Origin: Antedon mediterranea
Lineage: Eukaryota > Animalia > Echinodermata
DNA: 64,000 nucleotides
Direction: 5' to 3'
Assembly (NCBI RefSeq): GCF_964355755.1
Contig: NC_092670.1
Span: forward strand, 33,716,388-33,780,387
Shown: one piece after another, positions 12,541 to 26,096 of the stretch
Numbering within the stretch: the stretch's first letter is position 1
Layout of the letters: the number at the start of each line of letters is the position of its first letter
Notes under the pieces: generated by a model
What the model saw: only the letters and a program-made list of their open reading frames with translations
Database searches by the model: none
What the model was told of the DNA's origin: nothing
Program-made: the position numbers and the translations under genes

Positions 12541-13599
12541 TCACTACAACGTTTATATATTTTTTAAATTACAGTATTAACGTTAATAAGCTACTGTCAG
12601 TAATAGTTTATATGTATATATTCATATAATGTAAAATAACTTGTGTAAACCACCGCTATTCGGGGCAAATCATAAAGTCAATAAATATTAAATTATCTAA
12701 CTCAATTTAATTAATAATGCCTAATGGTTTTTAATTATTTCTTAGAGTCAAATCATACTTAAGTTGATTCCTACCCACCAAAGTTGTTCAGCGTTTAGGG
12801 CATGTGATCCTTCGTTCCGTAGGCCTATACTCTACAACGCTACTCATGCCAGTGAGGGGAGGGTGGTGCTGTTGGTGTTTTAACTGCAATAATAAAGTTT
12901 TGAACATAATAGACGGCGACCGAAAATGCTATCTCATTATCGCTACCTATATCCAACATCTGCAGCACAGATTGAAAAAAATGGATCGAATTTCTGATTG
13001 GAGTGTACTTGCCTTTATAACGCCTGAGGGAATAGACACTTGTGGAACAGAGATTGTAATGTTCCATTCATCGGAAACTAATACATTTTTATAAACGTTT
13101 ATTAAATCTATGAAAATAGTATTTTTTTTTTTTTAAATCGGCCTGTCTTCAACATTATGATGCTGTACTCGAGCTTTCTAACTGGTTTTCAACTATTAAA
13201 AACAATTATCTTAGGAGGAGATAGGAAAATGCGAAGCATCCTCGTATTATTGTGTGCGGGTATTTTTCAAGATAGACATCCATTATACAGTGTATGCCAC
13301 GATCGGAAAACACCCCTATTTGGGGAAAATCGTTGAACCTTAAATTCGTTTTAATTGTCAATAACTAGTTATCTAACTCAATTTTATTAGTGGTTAAAAT
13401 CAGTACAAAAAGTACGAACCAACTTTATATATCATCCAGTAAACATTCTAGAAGTAACATGCGATTTACCGAATTTATTATTATTTTACGTAATTTTATA
13501 TATAGAAGCTCGTGTAACACAAATAAAATCCCAACAATTATGAAACATAGGGGAAACTATAGATCGATCATTATTGGAATGTATGATCAATAGAAATGT

Positions 13600-13905
13600 T
13601 TTGCCCGTACCTGGCCTTTAAGGATTTCATTCAGCTCTATAATTGTAGTAGGCATGGTCTCAAGTCTGGAAATGATCTAACCAGGTTAGAGGACCACCAT
13701 GAAAGGCGTGTCTCAGGGGACATTACCTTCTCCAAATTTTGAGCAAGTTTCTGGAACCCTCTGCCAAGAGACTTAAGAGAATCATCCTAATAAATGCCTT
13801 AAAACATACTATTAACCTACTCCTATGTATTAATGTGAAGCGCTTGGATCAATTTGGAAAGACGCTATACAAATCATATTATATTATTATTATTTATTTT
13901 TTTAT
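13600..13905 (+). mobile_element. SINE/L2-type 3' end remnant
   Basis: gaagcgcttgg...aagacgctatacaaat followed by a (TAT)n tail, resembling 27075-27151. Confidence 0.45.
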
Positions 13906-15837
13906 TATCATCAGCCATATATAATGGTGTCCAGTCAACGTTCTGGAACCACCGCCCAAATTGGCATATATTTAAATCAGTGATATGGGTTGAATGGTTT
14001 TGGTTGTACAATTTAGCGTCGGTATAAGAGTAAAGCAATTAAGATCACTGCTACCTTTATTGGAGCCTTAATTGTAAGAATACTAAATTGTTTATACACA
14101 TTTGTAATATAATTTAATCTAGGGTTGCCTCTCCTCGGGTAGGAGTTGACACAACTTGTTTGACATTGTTACCAAGTAAAATAGTTCTTAAGTCTTTTCT
14201 GTTGAAACCCCGTAACAGTGTATATCAAAGTGTATATTCATAATTTTTTTGGGTACAATTCTAACAGTCAATATAATACCACAAGAAAGTAGAAATAACG
14301 TTTTATTCTGAAACAAAACCCTGGTACATAACGGCAAATGCAAATATTTATTTTCAACTACATACTTGGAATAATTAACACAAAAATAAACAAAAGACAC
14401 AATGGTCAGATTAAAGCACAATGTAGATCAACATATTTTAAAGATTGAACTGTTTTCGAATTGTCAACAAATTACATAGGCTACACAATTAAAATTTCAC
14501 TTGTAAAAAAGGAAGTCACTATTAAAATTATCCCAGCCTGTTTATCTACGACAACAATTTCACTTTTAATGTAATGATTGGTCGAACTTTTTACGGTAAT
14601 TAAACCTGATTAAAACAATTAGTCAAGTAAAAAGATAACAAACTGATTTTCAGATTCGGAAATAAAATTGTTGATAGTGTAACAACGGTGCACTAAAAAG
14701 AAATGTTTTTTTCCTCAAATGAATTAGTCCGAGAGTAAAATATACATACACTTTTAAAAAGTGTTTTGTTTTACAGATGTTCAATTTTGAAGATAATATT
14801 ACGATTACACATGTACACAGCTCGAGTATGAATCGTAATGGTAAAGGAAAGCACAAGTTTAAAAGATAACAATTTGATTAATAACAATACGTTTTTTCAA
14901 CCAAATTAGTTATTTTGGGAATAATAGGTTTATTCAAATGTATTGACAAAGATGAATGGAACAGTCCAATATCTAAGCATAAATTCTGCCATGATATATT
15001 CCGAAATAAACCATTATGTAAATAAACATTCAATTCAAATGAGTTATTTTGAGGGATTTTTTAGGGATCTAAAACAACAATTTATAACAAATAGTTTTTA
15101 GCTTTAGCCTAAATTTAGTGTATCCATGATTTTTTTCGCCGATGCATACAAATTCAATTAAATTCCACTGTTAGATGATGATAGCCTATAGGAATACGAT
15201 TAAGGGTTACATATGGGTTTTTTCGGAATAAGTTATGAGCTAGCTTTCTGATTGTTATAGGCGACGAATGCGCAAATGTCTTTCTGTGTAGTACCTTTTT
15301 TAATAAACGTACATCGAAATACAAATACACATTTTAACGCAGTTGCACCCCCAAGTCACTGTAATTCTGCTACGTGTATTTCAATTGACCATGATAGTTT
15401 GAGCAAGTGGATTTAATCCATGAAAATTTAGTATGTAGTGTAGAATAGTATCTTACTAATCAACTTTGCTGTACTGACAATCCATTCTATGTACAATAGT
15501 GTGGTTTCATTTACTGGCGTGTGGAAAATAGGTTAAAAATAAACAGAGGATATTTTTAAATGTTATCTTTTAAGCTTATTGTAAAAGAAACAACACTACA
15601 TATTTTGATCCTTATTTGCTTTATAAGTATACCGTTTATAGACAAATATTTATTTTCAACATACAGACATTCTTATAGGCCTACAGTAGTTTACTTCCTT
15701 TTACATAACATGACGGGTTTCGTAGGGAAATTACCTAAAATTGTATTTTATTGTTATAAATGTTCATTTTAATACAATAATCTATACAGTTTTTTTTTCA
15801 AACAATGTATTTTTGTTATCATCTGTTTACATATTAT

Positions 15838-16180
15838 CACTGTGCGCGAGTGCAACCAAAATGGATATAGTAGCGCACAGTGCTGAACTAAATCCTATTT
15901 ATTATCACTGTGCTCAAGTACCACCAAAATGGGTATAGTAGCGCACAGTGCTGAATTAGATCCTACTTATAATCACTGTGCGCAAGTACAATTACAATGG
16001 GTATGGTAGCGCACAGTGCTAATTAAATCCAACTTAGTATCACTGTGCTCAAGTACAACAAAAATGGGTATGGTAGCGCACAGTGCTGAACTAAATTCTT
16101 TTTATTATCACTGTGCTCAAGTACTACCAAATTGGGTATAGTAGCGCACAGTGCTGAATTAGATCCTACTTAGTATCACT
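15838..16180. repeat. 68-bp palindromic satellite, segment 1 (~5 units)
   Basis: Unit is CACTGTG-31nt-CACAGTG-23nt. Confidence 0.9.
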
Positions 16181-16389
16181 TAGTCTGGGCTCCAGACGGA
16201 GTTTTGTAAAAATATAAATATTTTTCCACATATGGCGTTTCATACGTGTATTACTTGAGTTTGGATACTCTGTCTGGGGAAACACGCATAAGTCACGTGG
16301 TTTGACACCAAGAATTATTGGTGCATAAATTATCCAGTTGACTAGTTTCAGCCGCATGCCATTGCCTACTCAGTCGTACGTCGTTTTAA

Positions 16390-18024
16390 AGGGGGGTTCC
16401 GGGTTTAAAATGAATAGTAAAAAATGTAAAATATATTTGTTTGTCTCTTGAACGGTAAAAGTTTCAATTTATATAAGTGCCCAGTGAAGCAGAACGAAGG
16501 CTGTGAAATGAGGCCAGATTACAAGTGCAGCTACGGCAAAATCACACTGTGGTTACAGAATACGAAATTCGTGAAATGGTCAATCTTCCGACGACTCGTT
16601 ATCATTAACCATATCAATTACTTTTGTAAAATTATACTTATCTTATGTAATTTTAGTCGGTCTTCCCATTTATAAAATCAATTTTCTATGAAAATCCATC
16701 AAAACAGTGAAAAATTAGATAAGTTTGCACTTTACGTTTGCCGATTTTCGCACTGACTTAGGGAAAGCCTTCAAAATCAATGAAGCGTAACGTATACAAT
16801 CCTGCACCACCTGCTGAGCGAGGAGAGCGAGACGACGATACACGTGCTCTCTCTGCCCATGCCTGGCATCGTCACGTGATAAGCAGATACAGTATACAAT
16901 ACCAAACTGGTCGGGTCGAGTATACCCCGTCTATATCACAACATGAACGATGTACAGTATTTGATTGAAGGTCGACTCAACCTACCGGAATGGTATAGAT
17001 AATATAGCTCGAATGAAAGAGTTGGAATATTTGTAAACATAAGTACAGTATTGCTAATTTTAACAAGTGTAGCCTATAGTAAAAGGCCTGGTAGTATCAA
17101 TTCGCATAGGGTCTACTACACTAGCTAGCTCAATTTTTAACTGGGCCGGATCGGCTAGGCTAGGCTAGCTAGGTCTCCTTCCTACTACCGGTCTACTTGC
17201 TTGATGCAGTATCCGCTTTTTTGGAGAGTAAACTAACTAGGCCTACTTATTAGACGTGCGGACGGCGATCGGACCTTGTTTCGCCTCAATATTTACAGCC
17301 GATTTTTGTAGAACGTTTTAGGTTTAGGCCTAGATTGTTTAGGAGTTTGGTTTTGATAGGATGGGTTTGGAATCCACTGAGTTTTGTTATTTATGGGCCA
17401 ATCGTTTAGTAATAGGCTAGCTAGGCCCATGAATGATGGCCCCAATGCAATGTTTTAATGTAGCCATCGTGGCATGGAATCCCTAGTCAGAAATGGCTCT
17501 CACCCCGGCATGAATAAAATGATTTAGGCTAGGCCTAGCCTACTAGTACGTGAAGCCGATATACGATCTGTACTATTAATTCGAGGTATAAAAATAGTAT
17601 AATTTATGACTCCGTTATAATCTGTACTAAATTTTGTATTTCATTAAATGTCAAATAAATATATGCTACTACTGTTATTATTACACTTTAGGCCTAGCTT
17701 AGCAAATCTACAAAAAAATGTATTTCACAATGATCGGGTGGTCATCGTTTGACAGAGGAGAGAGAACATAACGTACAAGCTTGACGTCGCGAGTTTGGAA
17801 TCCACTGATGACGTGATTTTGTGAATATCTCATGAATATTAATGAGCTTCCCTAAGCTGCTGAAAAACAGACTTTCCATGAATTTACCCTAAAATGTATA
17901 TGAAATTTAATTTTTTTAATTTCTCGTTATTACTTCTTCATTCTGACATGTCTATATTGTTATAATGTTTTTTATTTAATAAATAAACGATATTTAAAAG
18001 CAATTTTAAACCCAGAATCCCTCT
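16390..18024. mobile_element. Kolobok-like non-autonomous DNA transposon
   Basis: TTAA TSD (16386-16389, 18025-18028); TIR aggggggttccgggtttaaaat / attttaaacccagaatccctct with AG termini. Confidence 0.75.
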
Positions 18025-18662
18025 TTAATATTCATATTTCAGAATTTCAAAGACTCAACATCTAAGACGATGCGCATGCGCTATGTTACGTTTAGACAAT
18101 GTGTACTTGGGTACATTGATGAAAGTTTTTGAAGGCTAGAAATGATTGTATATGCATATTAAGTAGTAGTCTGGTAAACATTTGATGAGATTTTTCCCAA
18201 GAACATGAAAACTCGTGATGATAGGCTAGCTTCTCCGCAAAATCAAACATTGAATGGATCATTTATTATGTGGAGAAAATTTGATTTAATCCCACCCCAG
18301 ACCCTGTCCTGTTCTGTGTGGTGGTGTAGCCCTGTTGTGTGCCGGTCGGTGGTGGTATGTACTTTATTGGCGTTTTATTTGGCAGGTCATACGTACGAGT
18401 TGAGTAGCCCTACGAAGGAGGCCTAGGCCAGGACTAAACAATTAATAAACAAAACAACTTGGCAACACGATTTTAATTTCAACAGTTGTTCAGTCTCGAT
18501 CGTACAATCAGCACTGTACGTACGTACGTACTCGATCTTTTTCATTTACGTACTCGATCTTTTTCATTTTGAAACAAAATTATCATTGGTTGATTCGAAA
18601 TCCATATTTACATACCGCCCCGCCCCACATATACGGTATGATAATCTACGTCATATTCTTAT

Positions 18663-21126
18663 TAGTCCATGGGATTTAGCTAAAAAATTACCCTTTTCTC
18701 ACACAAATTGCAAGAAAAGGTTTTTTTGATGAAATGTCTTCTTTAGACCCTACTGAACACATTTATCAACGTTAGGACATTTTTCGACAACGGGAAGTAG
18801 CCTAATTTGCATAATTAAAAATGGCCGCCATTTTTAATAACGTACCCTGTATCTTGGAAACCGCTAGTCACAGATACTTAAATTTGGTGTCAAAATCGTT
18901 AGAATATATGTTTTTATATTCACTTTATTCAAAAAGTTTGTCCAAAAATGAATGGAAGTGCTATTTCTAACATTATTGACCTTTGACCTTGATTGATCAT
19001 ATCTCAGCAACCACTAATCGGAGATATACAAATTAGGGCTTAAATTGTTCAGAAACTACACATTTATATCCAGTCTAATGGCATGTTTTTGCACAAAATG
19101 GCGGATTCTAACACTATTGACCTTTGACCTTGATTTATCATATCTTAGCAACAACTAATCTGAGAGACACACAAGATGTCTCAAACTGTTCAGAAACTAC
19201 ATATTTATATTTAGTCTAATGGCATGTTTTTGCAAAAAATGGCCGATTCTAATATTATTGACCTTTGAACTTTGCACTACATAAAATCGCATAACTTTGA
19301 AAATATTGTACATATGAAATTATTTTTAGTGTCAAATTGTTCAGAAAATACATGTTTCTATAGAGTCCAATGACACATTATGTCCAATAATGACCTATTG
19401 TATGGTTATTAACATTTGAACTATATTTGAAAAGGATTTTTAAACCCGGAATCTTCTTCATGTAGGCTAGGCATTCATTAGAACATGTGATTTGGCACTC
19501 TAAAATGTAAGAGTTGCAACGTTGACTTATTATGTTTAGTTTAAAGTAGGCCATTGGTACATTAAATTTATAAGCATAAACTATTGCATTCATCCATAAA
19601 CTGCCTACAAGTTTACACGTTTGTTTATTTTATTTCTTATCGTCTTCGCAGCTGAAGCTGAATTACAAGATATTTATATTAAAAGCATTAAAATTGATGG
19701 TTAAAAAATGGTAAAAATTAAACCACATAGAAACATGGTACATACACAATACATTCACGTAAAAAAAGTACAAAAACAAATTATAAAAGGTTAAAAACTA
19801 TACACCACTAGTAGTCGTACTGTATATGGTTATTGAAATAGATAAATAAATTCCATAAGAAACTGAGTTTTTTACTGTATACGGCGAAAATATTGCAAGT
19901 GGTGGTCAGCCTAATTATGAGTCTCGATAGCCAATTAATTAAACTAAACTAAATATGTTGCATTAATATCGATCTTTTAAAATTCCAGTTGTCAACAATG
20001 CGTCTATTAGTAGGAAAGGCCTTCTTAATAAGACTATGTTTCAACCTAAAAAATGCCCTCAAGAGTGATGCTATCCTTAACAAAATATAAACTAAATAAT
20101 CTTTAGATATTTGTTTGTTGAATATGCCATTTAATGCCAATTTAATTTGATCAAAAAATAAATTACTAACTTGAAAAAAACTTTAATAAACCTGCAAAAT
20201 GACATGGCCTATTTAAAGTATGTACAATATATCATAAAAAAACCTACATATTTGTTGGCTCTGTTAACAGTGTCAACATCAACTTTCTCCTGAGTAAGAT
20301 GTAAGACCTAATTTAAAATTTATTAATAAACCTATAATGTATGTATACATAGTCTAATATTTTTTTTTTAACGTGAATATTTTCAGTAACTAAATTAAAT
20401 CAACTGGTTACATGCACTTTAAATTACCACCATATTCTAAACAAGTAGTGCCAAATCACATGTTCTAATGAATTCCTACATGAAGATTCCGGGTTTAAAA
20501 ATCCCGGTTTCAAATATAGTTCAAATGTGAATAACCATACAATAGGTCATTATTGGACATAATGTGTCATTGGACTCTATAGAAACATGTATGTTCTGAA
20601 CAATTTGACACTAAAAATAATTTTATATGTACAATATTTTCAAAGTTATGCGATTTTATGTAGTGCAAAGTTCAAAGGTCAATAATGTTAGAATCGGCCA
20701 TTTTTTGCAAAAACATGCCATTAGACTAAATATAAATATGTAGTTTCTGAACAATTTAAGCCCTAATTTGTATATCTCCGATTAGTGGTTGCTGAGATAT
20801 GATCAATCAAGGTCAAAGGTCAATAATGTTAGAAATAGCACTTCCATTCATTTTTGGACAAACTTTTTCAATAAAGTGAATATAAAAATATATATTCTAC
20901 CGATTTTGACACCAAAATCAAGTATCTGTGACTAGCGGTTTCCAAGATACAGAGTACGTTATTAAAAATGGCGGCCATTTTTTATTATGCAAATTAGGCT
21001 ACTTCCCGTTGTCGAAAAATGTCCTAACGTTGATAAATGTGTTCAGTAGGGTCTAAAGAACACATTTCATCAAAAATACCTTTTCTTGCAATTTGTGTGA
21101 GTTAAAAGTCTAAATCCCATGGACTA
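18663..21126. mobile_element. Foldback element with ~700-bp TIRs (Academ-like)
   Basis: Arms 18663-19499 and 20447-21126 are near-perfect inverted repeats. Termini TAGTCCATGGGATTTA, 3-bp TSD TAT. The left arm has an internal tandem duplication. Confidence 0.85.
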
Positions 21127-21267
21127 TATCGGATGTTTGCGGTCTGCAAATCGATTTCTATACGTGTTTCACAAGTCTGTATTTTCAGACAAAAATCGCG
21201 GTCGAAATGAAAACAAATAAATTTTTAAAAAAGACAATAAATACAGATTTGGGGCAAGTCTAAGTAT

Positions 21268-22182
21268 CACTGTGCTCAAGTACAACCAAAAAGGGTATGG
21301 TAGCACACAGTGCTAAACTAGATCTTATATAAAACCACTGTGCTCAAGTACAATCAAAATAGGTATGGTAGCGCACAGTGCTAAACTAGGTCCTATTTAT
21401 TATCACTGTGCGCAAGTACAATCAAAATAGGTATGGTAGCGCACAGTGCTAAACTAGGTCCATATAAAACCACTGTGCGCAAGTACAATCAAAATAGGTA
21501 TGATAGCGCACAGTGCTAAACTAGGTCCATATAAAACCACTGTGCGCAAGTACAATCAAAATAGGTATGGTAGCGCACAGTGCTAAACTAGGTCCTATAT
21601 AAAACCACTGTGCGCAAGTACAATCAAAATAGGTATGGTAGCGCACAGTGCTAAACTAGGTCCTATATAAAACCACTGTGCGCAACTACAATCAAAATAG
21701 GTATGGTAGCGCACAGTGCTAAACTAGGTCCTATATAAAACCACTGTGCGCAAGTACAATCAAAATAGGTATGGTAGCGCACAGTGCTAAACTAGGTCCT
21801 ATATAAAACCACTGTGCGCAAGTACAATCAAAATAGGTATGATAGCGCACAGTGCTAAACTAGGTCCTATATAAAACCATTGTGCGCAAGTACAATCAAA
21901 ATAGGTATGGTAGCGCACAGTGCTAAACTAGGTCCTATATAAAACCACTGTGCGCAAGTACAATCAAAATAGGTATGGTAGCGCACAGTGCTAAACTAGG
22001 TCCTATATAAAACCACTGTGCGCAAGTACAATCAAAATAGGTATGATAGCGCACAGTGCTAAACTAGGTCCTATATAAAACCATTGTGCGCAAGTACAAT
22101 CAAAATAGGTATGGTAGCGCACAGTGCTAAATTAGGTCCTATTTATTATCACTGTGCTCAAGTACCACAACAATGGGTATAG
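21268..22182. repeat. 68-bp palindromic satellite, segment 2 (~13 highly homogeneous units)
   Basis: Period 68 (e.g. tgtgcgcaag at 21541 and 21609); two 66-bp variants. Confidence 0.95.
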
Positions 22183-22408
22183 TGCTTTATAAGTACCGTT
22201 TACAGGCAAATATATATTTTCTACATACAGACATTCTTTTATAATAACAACAAATACAGTAGTTTACTTCCTTTTACTTAACATGACGGGTTTTGTAGGG
22301 AAATTACCGAAAACTTTATTTCATTGTTATAAATGTTCATTTTAATACAATAATCTATACATTTTTTTCAAACAATGTATTTTTGTTATCATCTGTTTAC
22401 ATTCGTGT

Positions 22409-22744
22409 CACTGTGCGTGAGGGCAACCAAAATGGGTATATTAGCGCACAGTGCTGAACTAAATCCTATTTATTATTACTATGCACGAGTGCAACCAAAA
22501 TGGGTATAGTAGCGCAAAGTGCTGAACTAAATCCTATTTATTATCACTGTGCACGAGTGCAACCAAAATGGGTATAGTAGCGCAAAGTGCTGAACTAAAT
22601 CCTATTTATTATCACTGTGCACGAGTGCAACCAAAATGGGTATAGTAGCGCAAAGTGCTGAACTAAATCCTATTTATTATCACTGTGAGCGAGTGTAACT
22701 AAAATGGGTATGGTGTAGCGCACAGTGGTAAACTAAATCCTATT
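22409..22744. repeat. 68-bp satellite, segment 3 (~5 units)
   Basis: Same unit, preceded by a ~220-bp unique block (22183-22400) that duplicates 15617-15830. Confidence 0.9.
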
Positions 22745-22745
22745 A

Positions 22746-24075
22746 ATTAGGTGATCATTTAGAATAAAATGATCACCTATTGTTATTGTATGAAATCTTT
22801 ATTATTCTTCTTCTTTATTTCTTTCTGTACAGATTTTGTGTGTCAATTATCTCAAAAAGTTAAATGTTAATAATCACACAAATGTCACAATACTGTAACT
22901 TAATCCTAATAAGCTTTTCAGCGTGATCACTCAACCGTAACGTCATTTAAACGCCATTTTGTGAAATCACATTATCAATCATATCTCCATAATTCATTAT
23001 CACATATTAATGAAATTCACTACACGTAAACTTCAGGTCAAAGGTAAAAATACTAGCAAATAAAAACGCACGCGCACGTAGGGTCATGCGCGTGAAATTG
23101 CGCGTTAAAAATTTAAAAAGCTCAAATTTACGTTTTGATCAATTTAGAGCAAGAATTAGGCTATTTGCGTGTTTCAAAAAGGACTGCGCAAAAACACGTT
23201 TTTGCGCGCGCGATGCTTAAAAAGCGTAAACAATACGATTTTTTTGTACAAATTGCATTCTACTCACCATCCTTAGTACATTCACCAAATTTCGTCCGTT
23301 CCGACTTAAAATAACGCTATACGAGCAGGTTAAAAATGACAAAATGTGCACATTAATTGCATCAAAGTGCTGAAAATGGTAAAAAATAAGGCATTTTTAA
23401 ATTGAAAATAATTCTTCAGAATGCACGATGACCCCCAATTTTTTCAACTTATTCTAGAAGCCATTGAGTTGTACGTAGATATGAATTTATGTACACATTT
23501 TACGTACAAAATGTTGTGACGTCATTAAATGGCCACTTGAATTTGAAATTAAGTTTTTTTTTCTCTTTCGTCATATTTTATCACCTTCAATAGAACGCAT
23601 CTCTGTTATTTTGTGCCCGATTTTCGCTCAAATTTTATTATGTGATTGCTCAATTAATTGAATTTCTCATGACTTCCCACTTTTTTTGTTTGATGACGTC
23701 ATCACGCGTAAAAACTTGAATAACGTTGGTCGAGTAATTTCACCTTTGCCGTAAATTTGAATATCTTACAGCTCTTCAGAATTGAAGGTTACCTTGATGA
23801 TTATAATTTATTATGAAAGCTAATGAAATGTAGATATGAATTCATATAAAAATCAAGCCTATCGGATCTTGTGACGTTAACATATGGCCAGTTAAAGTTT
23901 AAAAATATTTTTTTTATCTTTTTCGTCAAAGTTATACAAATTTAAAAGAGCGCGCATGGCGCTTCTACGTGCCAAATTCTCTTCCAATTCTAATATTATT
24001 AATTTAAAAATTATTTCAGTAAAATGATAAATTGATCAACTATAATTCGTAAAAGTGACGAATTACATTCTAGTT
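22746..24075 (+). mobile_element. Helentron-associated (HINE/DINE-1-like) element inserted in the satellite
   Basis: 5' palindromic subTIR taggtgatcattt-agaata-aaatgatcaccta; 3' subTIR, hairpin taattcgt-aaaagtg-acgaatta, CTAG, T-run; no TSD. Confidence 0.75.
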
Positions 24076-24079
24076 TTTA

Positions 24080-24422
24080 TTATCACAGTGAACAACCAAA
24101 ATGGTTATGGTAGCGCACAGTGCTAAACTAAAGCCTATTTATTATCTTTGAGCACGAGTGCGACCAAAATTAGTATATCATTGCACAGTTCTGAACTAGA
24201 TCCTATTTATTATCAAGCGCACAGTGCTAAACAAAATCCTATTTATTATCACTGTGCTCAAGTACAACCAAAATTGGTATGTTAGGGCATAGTGCAAAAC
24301 TAAATCCAATGTATTATCAAAGGGCGCATGTACAACCAAAATGGCTATGGTAGCACACAGTGCTAATCTAAATCATATTTATCACTGTGCGCGAGTCCCA
24401 CCAAAACGGGTATGGTAGCACG
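24080..24422. repeat. 68-bp satellite, segment 4 (degenerate)
   Basis: Degenerate gcgcacagtgctaaactaaa units. Confidence 0.8.
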
Positions 24423-26096
24423 CCGAGAGTGTTAAAAAGTCGCTATCCATTCGAGTATGAACAATACCATGAAAGCTCCAGTGGTCTAATGGTTAGGATA
24501 GCTGAATATCCAGAATAAGGTCCGTATTGAAATCTCGGTTTTTTTCATGTAAACACCATCCAGAAAATTATATAAAATAATTTGTGAATCATAATTGTGA
24601 ATAAGGTACTGCATAATTAAACACCATAAACAATCTGTAACCATCTAAAAGTGAATATCGTGTATAAATCCTGTAGTTTAAACAAATTACTGCATCACAA
24701 GAGATAACCAAAATGTCTATTAATAATTTAGGCAAATTGAAAGCACAGAAAATAATGTACAGTATTAAACTATTGAAAAAGATCTAACATTACTGTTTGT
24801 GCAATCAAATATACACATCCTATTTACAAAATGAATAAACATAAAGTGCAAATAAAAACAACCCCATAAACAGAGGTCTATGTTTGATTTCCACCGGTGA
24901 TTTGCTGTGTGATCATTTACTTTGCAAGATAACCTTTCATAAAAACGGGCATGAATAAGAAGTGAGATTAATTTAATACCGCATCCTCTTATTACTTAGC
25001 CTAAATAAAAATCGATACATCATAAAAAATACAAACAATGTGACTGCGAGTCTTCACATGCTATCAACAGATGTCATTGACAGCAGTTCCATAATGTCAC
25101 GATGAAAATGTATGATTACCGGTACACCAAGAAATGTTGTATTATTATTAATACAAATACTATTCCTTATGTTCAGTTAAAAACAACATTAAACATTCAG
25201 ATTATGTAAATAATAAATCGTATTGACATATCAAGTAAAGGTGTCTTACTATTGTATGTTGTAGCCTACAATAACTTTTGCCATATTTCGTCGTATTTTT
25301 AGGAGAAACTGCATCTCAATAGATATAGAAGACATGAAGTAAATACTTGAGTTCCCGATTTAGAGTAGAAACCCAGACTGAAAAATGATGAAAGTTAACA
25401 GTGAACACTAGTTCATTGAACTCCACCAAAGACTGTGAACCATGTATAAATAAATATTAATATAAAATGATGATTAAAGTATTACAGTAAAATGTTAAAA
25501 TTCCAACAATAAAACTTAAAAATGTACCAAAAAATGAAATTAAGTAATAGAAATGGTCTGTAACACTAAATTGCTGAAAACTCCGTAAAGAAATTGGGAA
25601 ATGTAATTAATTTACAAACAAAATAGCCACTGTTCCTCCAAGAAAAGTTGATAGGATCGGCAATTTGGTATATTTTGTTCATTTAATTTTGATAAAAAAT
25701 TAAACAAAAAAAAGCCCTTTTAGCTAAGGACATTTTTTTCAGCAAGATTGGTTAGATGGGAGAGGGTAACATCAGGTAAAGAGGCAATCATATCACGTGA
25801 TGGTTTATAAAAAACCATTGACCTGTCGGTAAATTGTTTTACAGCCATTTCGCCTTCCTTTATGAGCCGAAGGTTTTATTTACGTTTTGCTAAATAGGCT
25901 TACAGTTTGTTTACAATGTTCTTATTAATTTAACCGGAATAAAATATTGAGATAACCGACATGTCTGACATCAATTGTCTACCTGATTTCTAAAATAAGG
26001 CCAGCTGTTTTAGCAAGCATATATACCGATGGTAAAATGCATCCCATCATTTAGAAATTACACTTACAGACGTCAGACACTAGCATTGGCTACAAA

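Larger units (their letters stand above)
16181..21262. mobile_element. Non-autonomous DNA transposon with 9-bp TSD inserted in the satellite; hosts two nested elements
   Basis: TSD AGTATCACT at 16172-16180 and 21263-21271; imperfect TAG...CTA TIRs (tagtctgggctcca / ttggggcaagtcta). Confidence 0.75.

Noticed and set aside
21268-22182. CRISPR array
   Set aside because: The intervening sequences are repeated rather than unique spacers, there are no cas genes, and the context is eukaryotic.
15838-24422. Functional V(D)J-type RSS/D-segment array
   Set aside because: No canonical nonamer at 12/23 spacing, the 31-nt segments are nearly invariant, and no RAG or Ig/TCR-like exons are in the window; kept only as a speculative finding.
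24473-24545. Functional tRNA gene (also 52687-52750)
   Set aside because: A box is present but the T arm/B box and acceptor stem cannot be formed.
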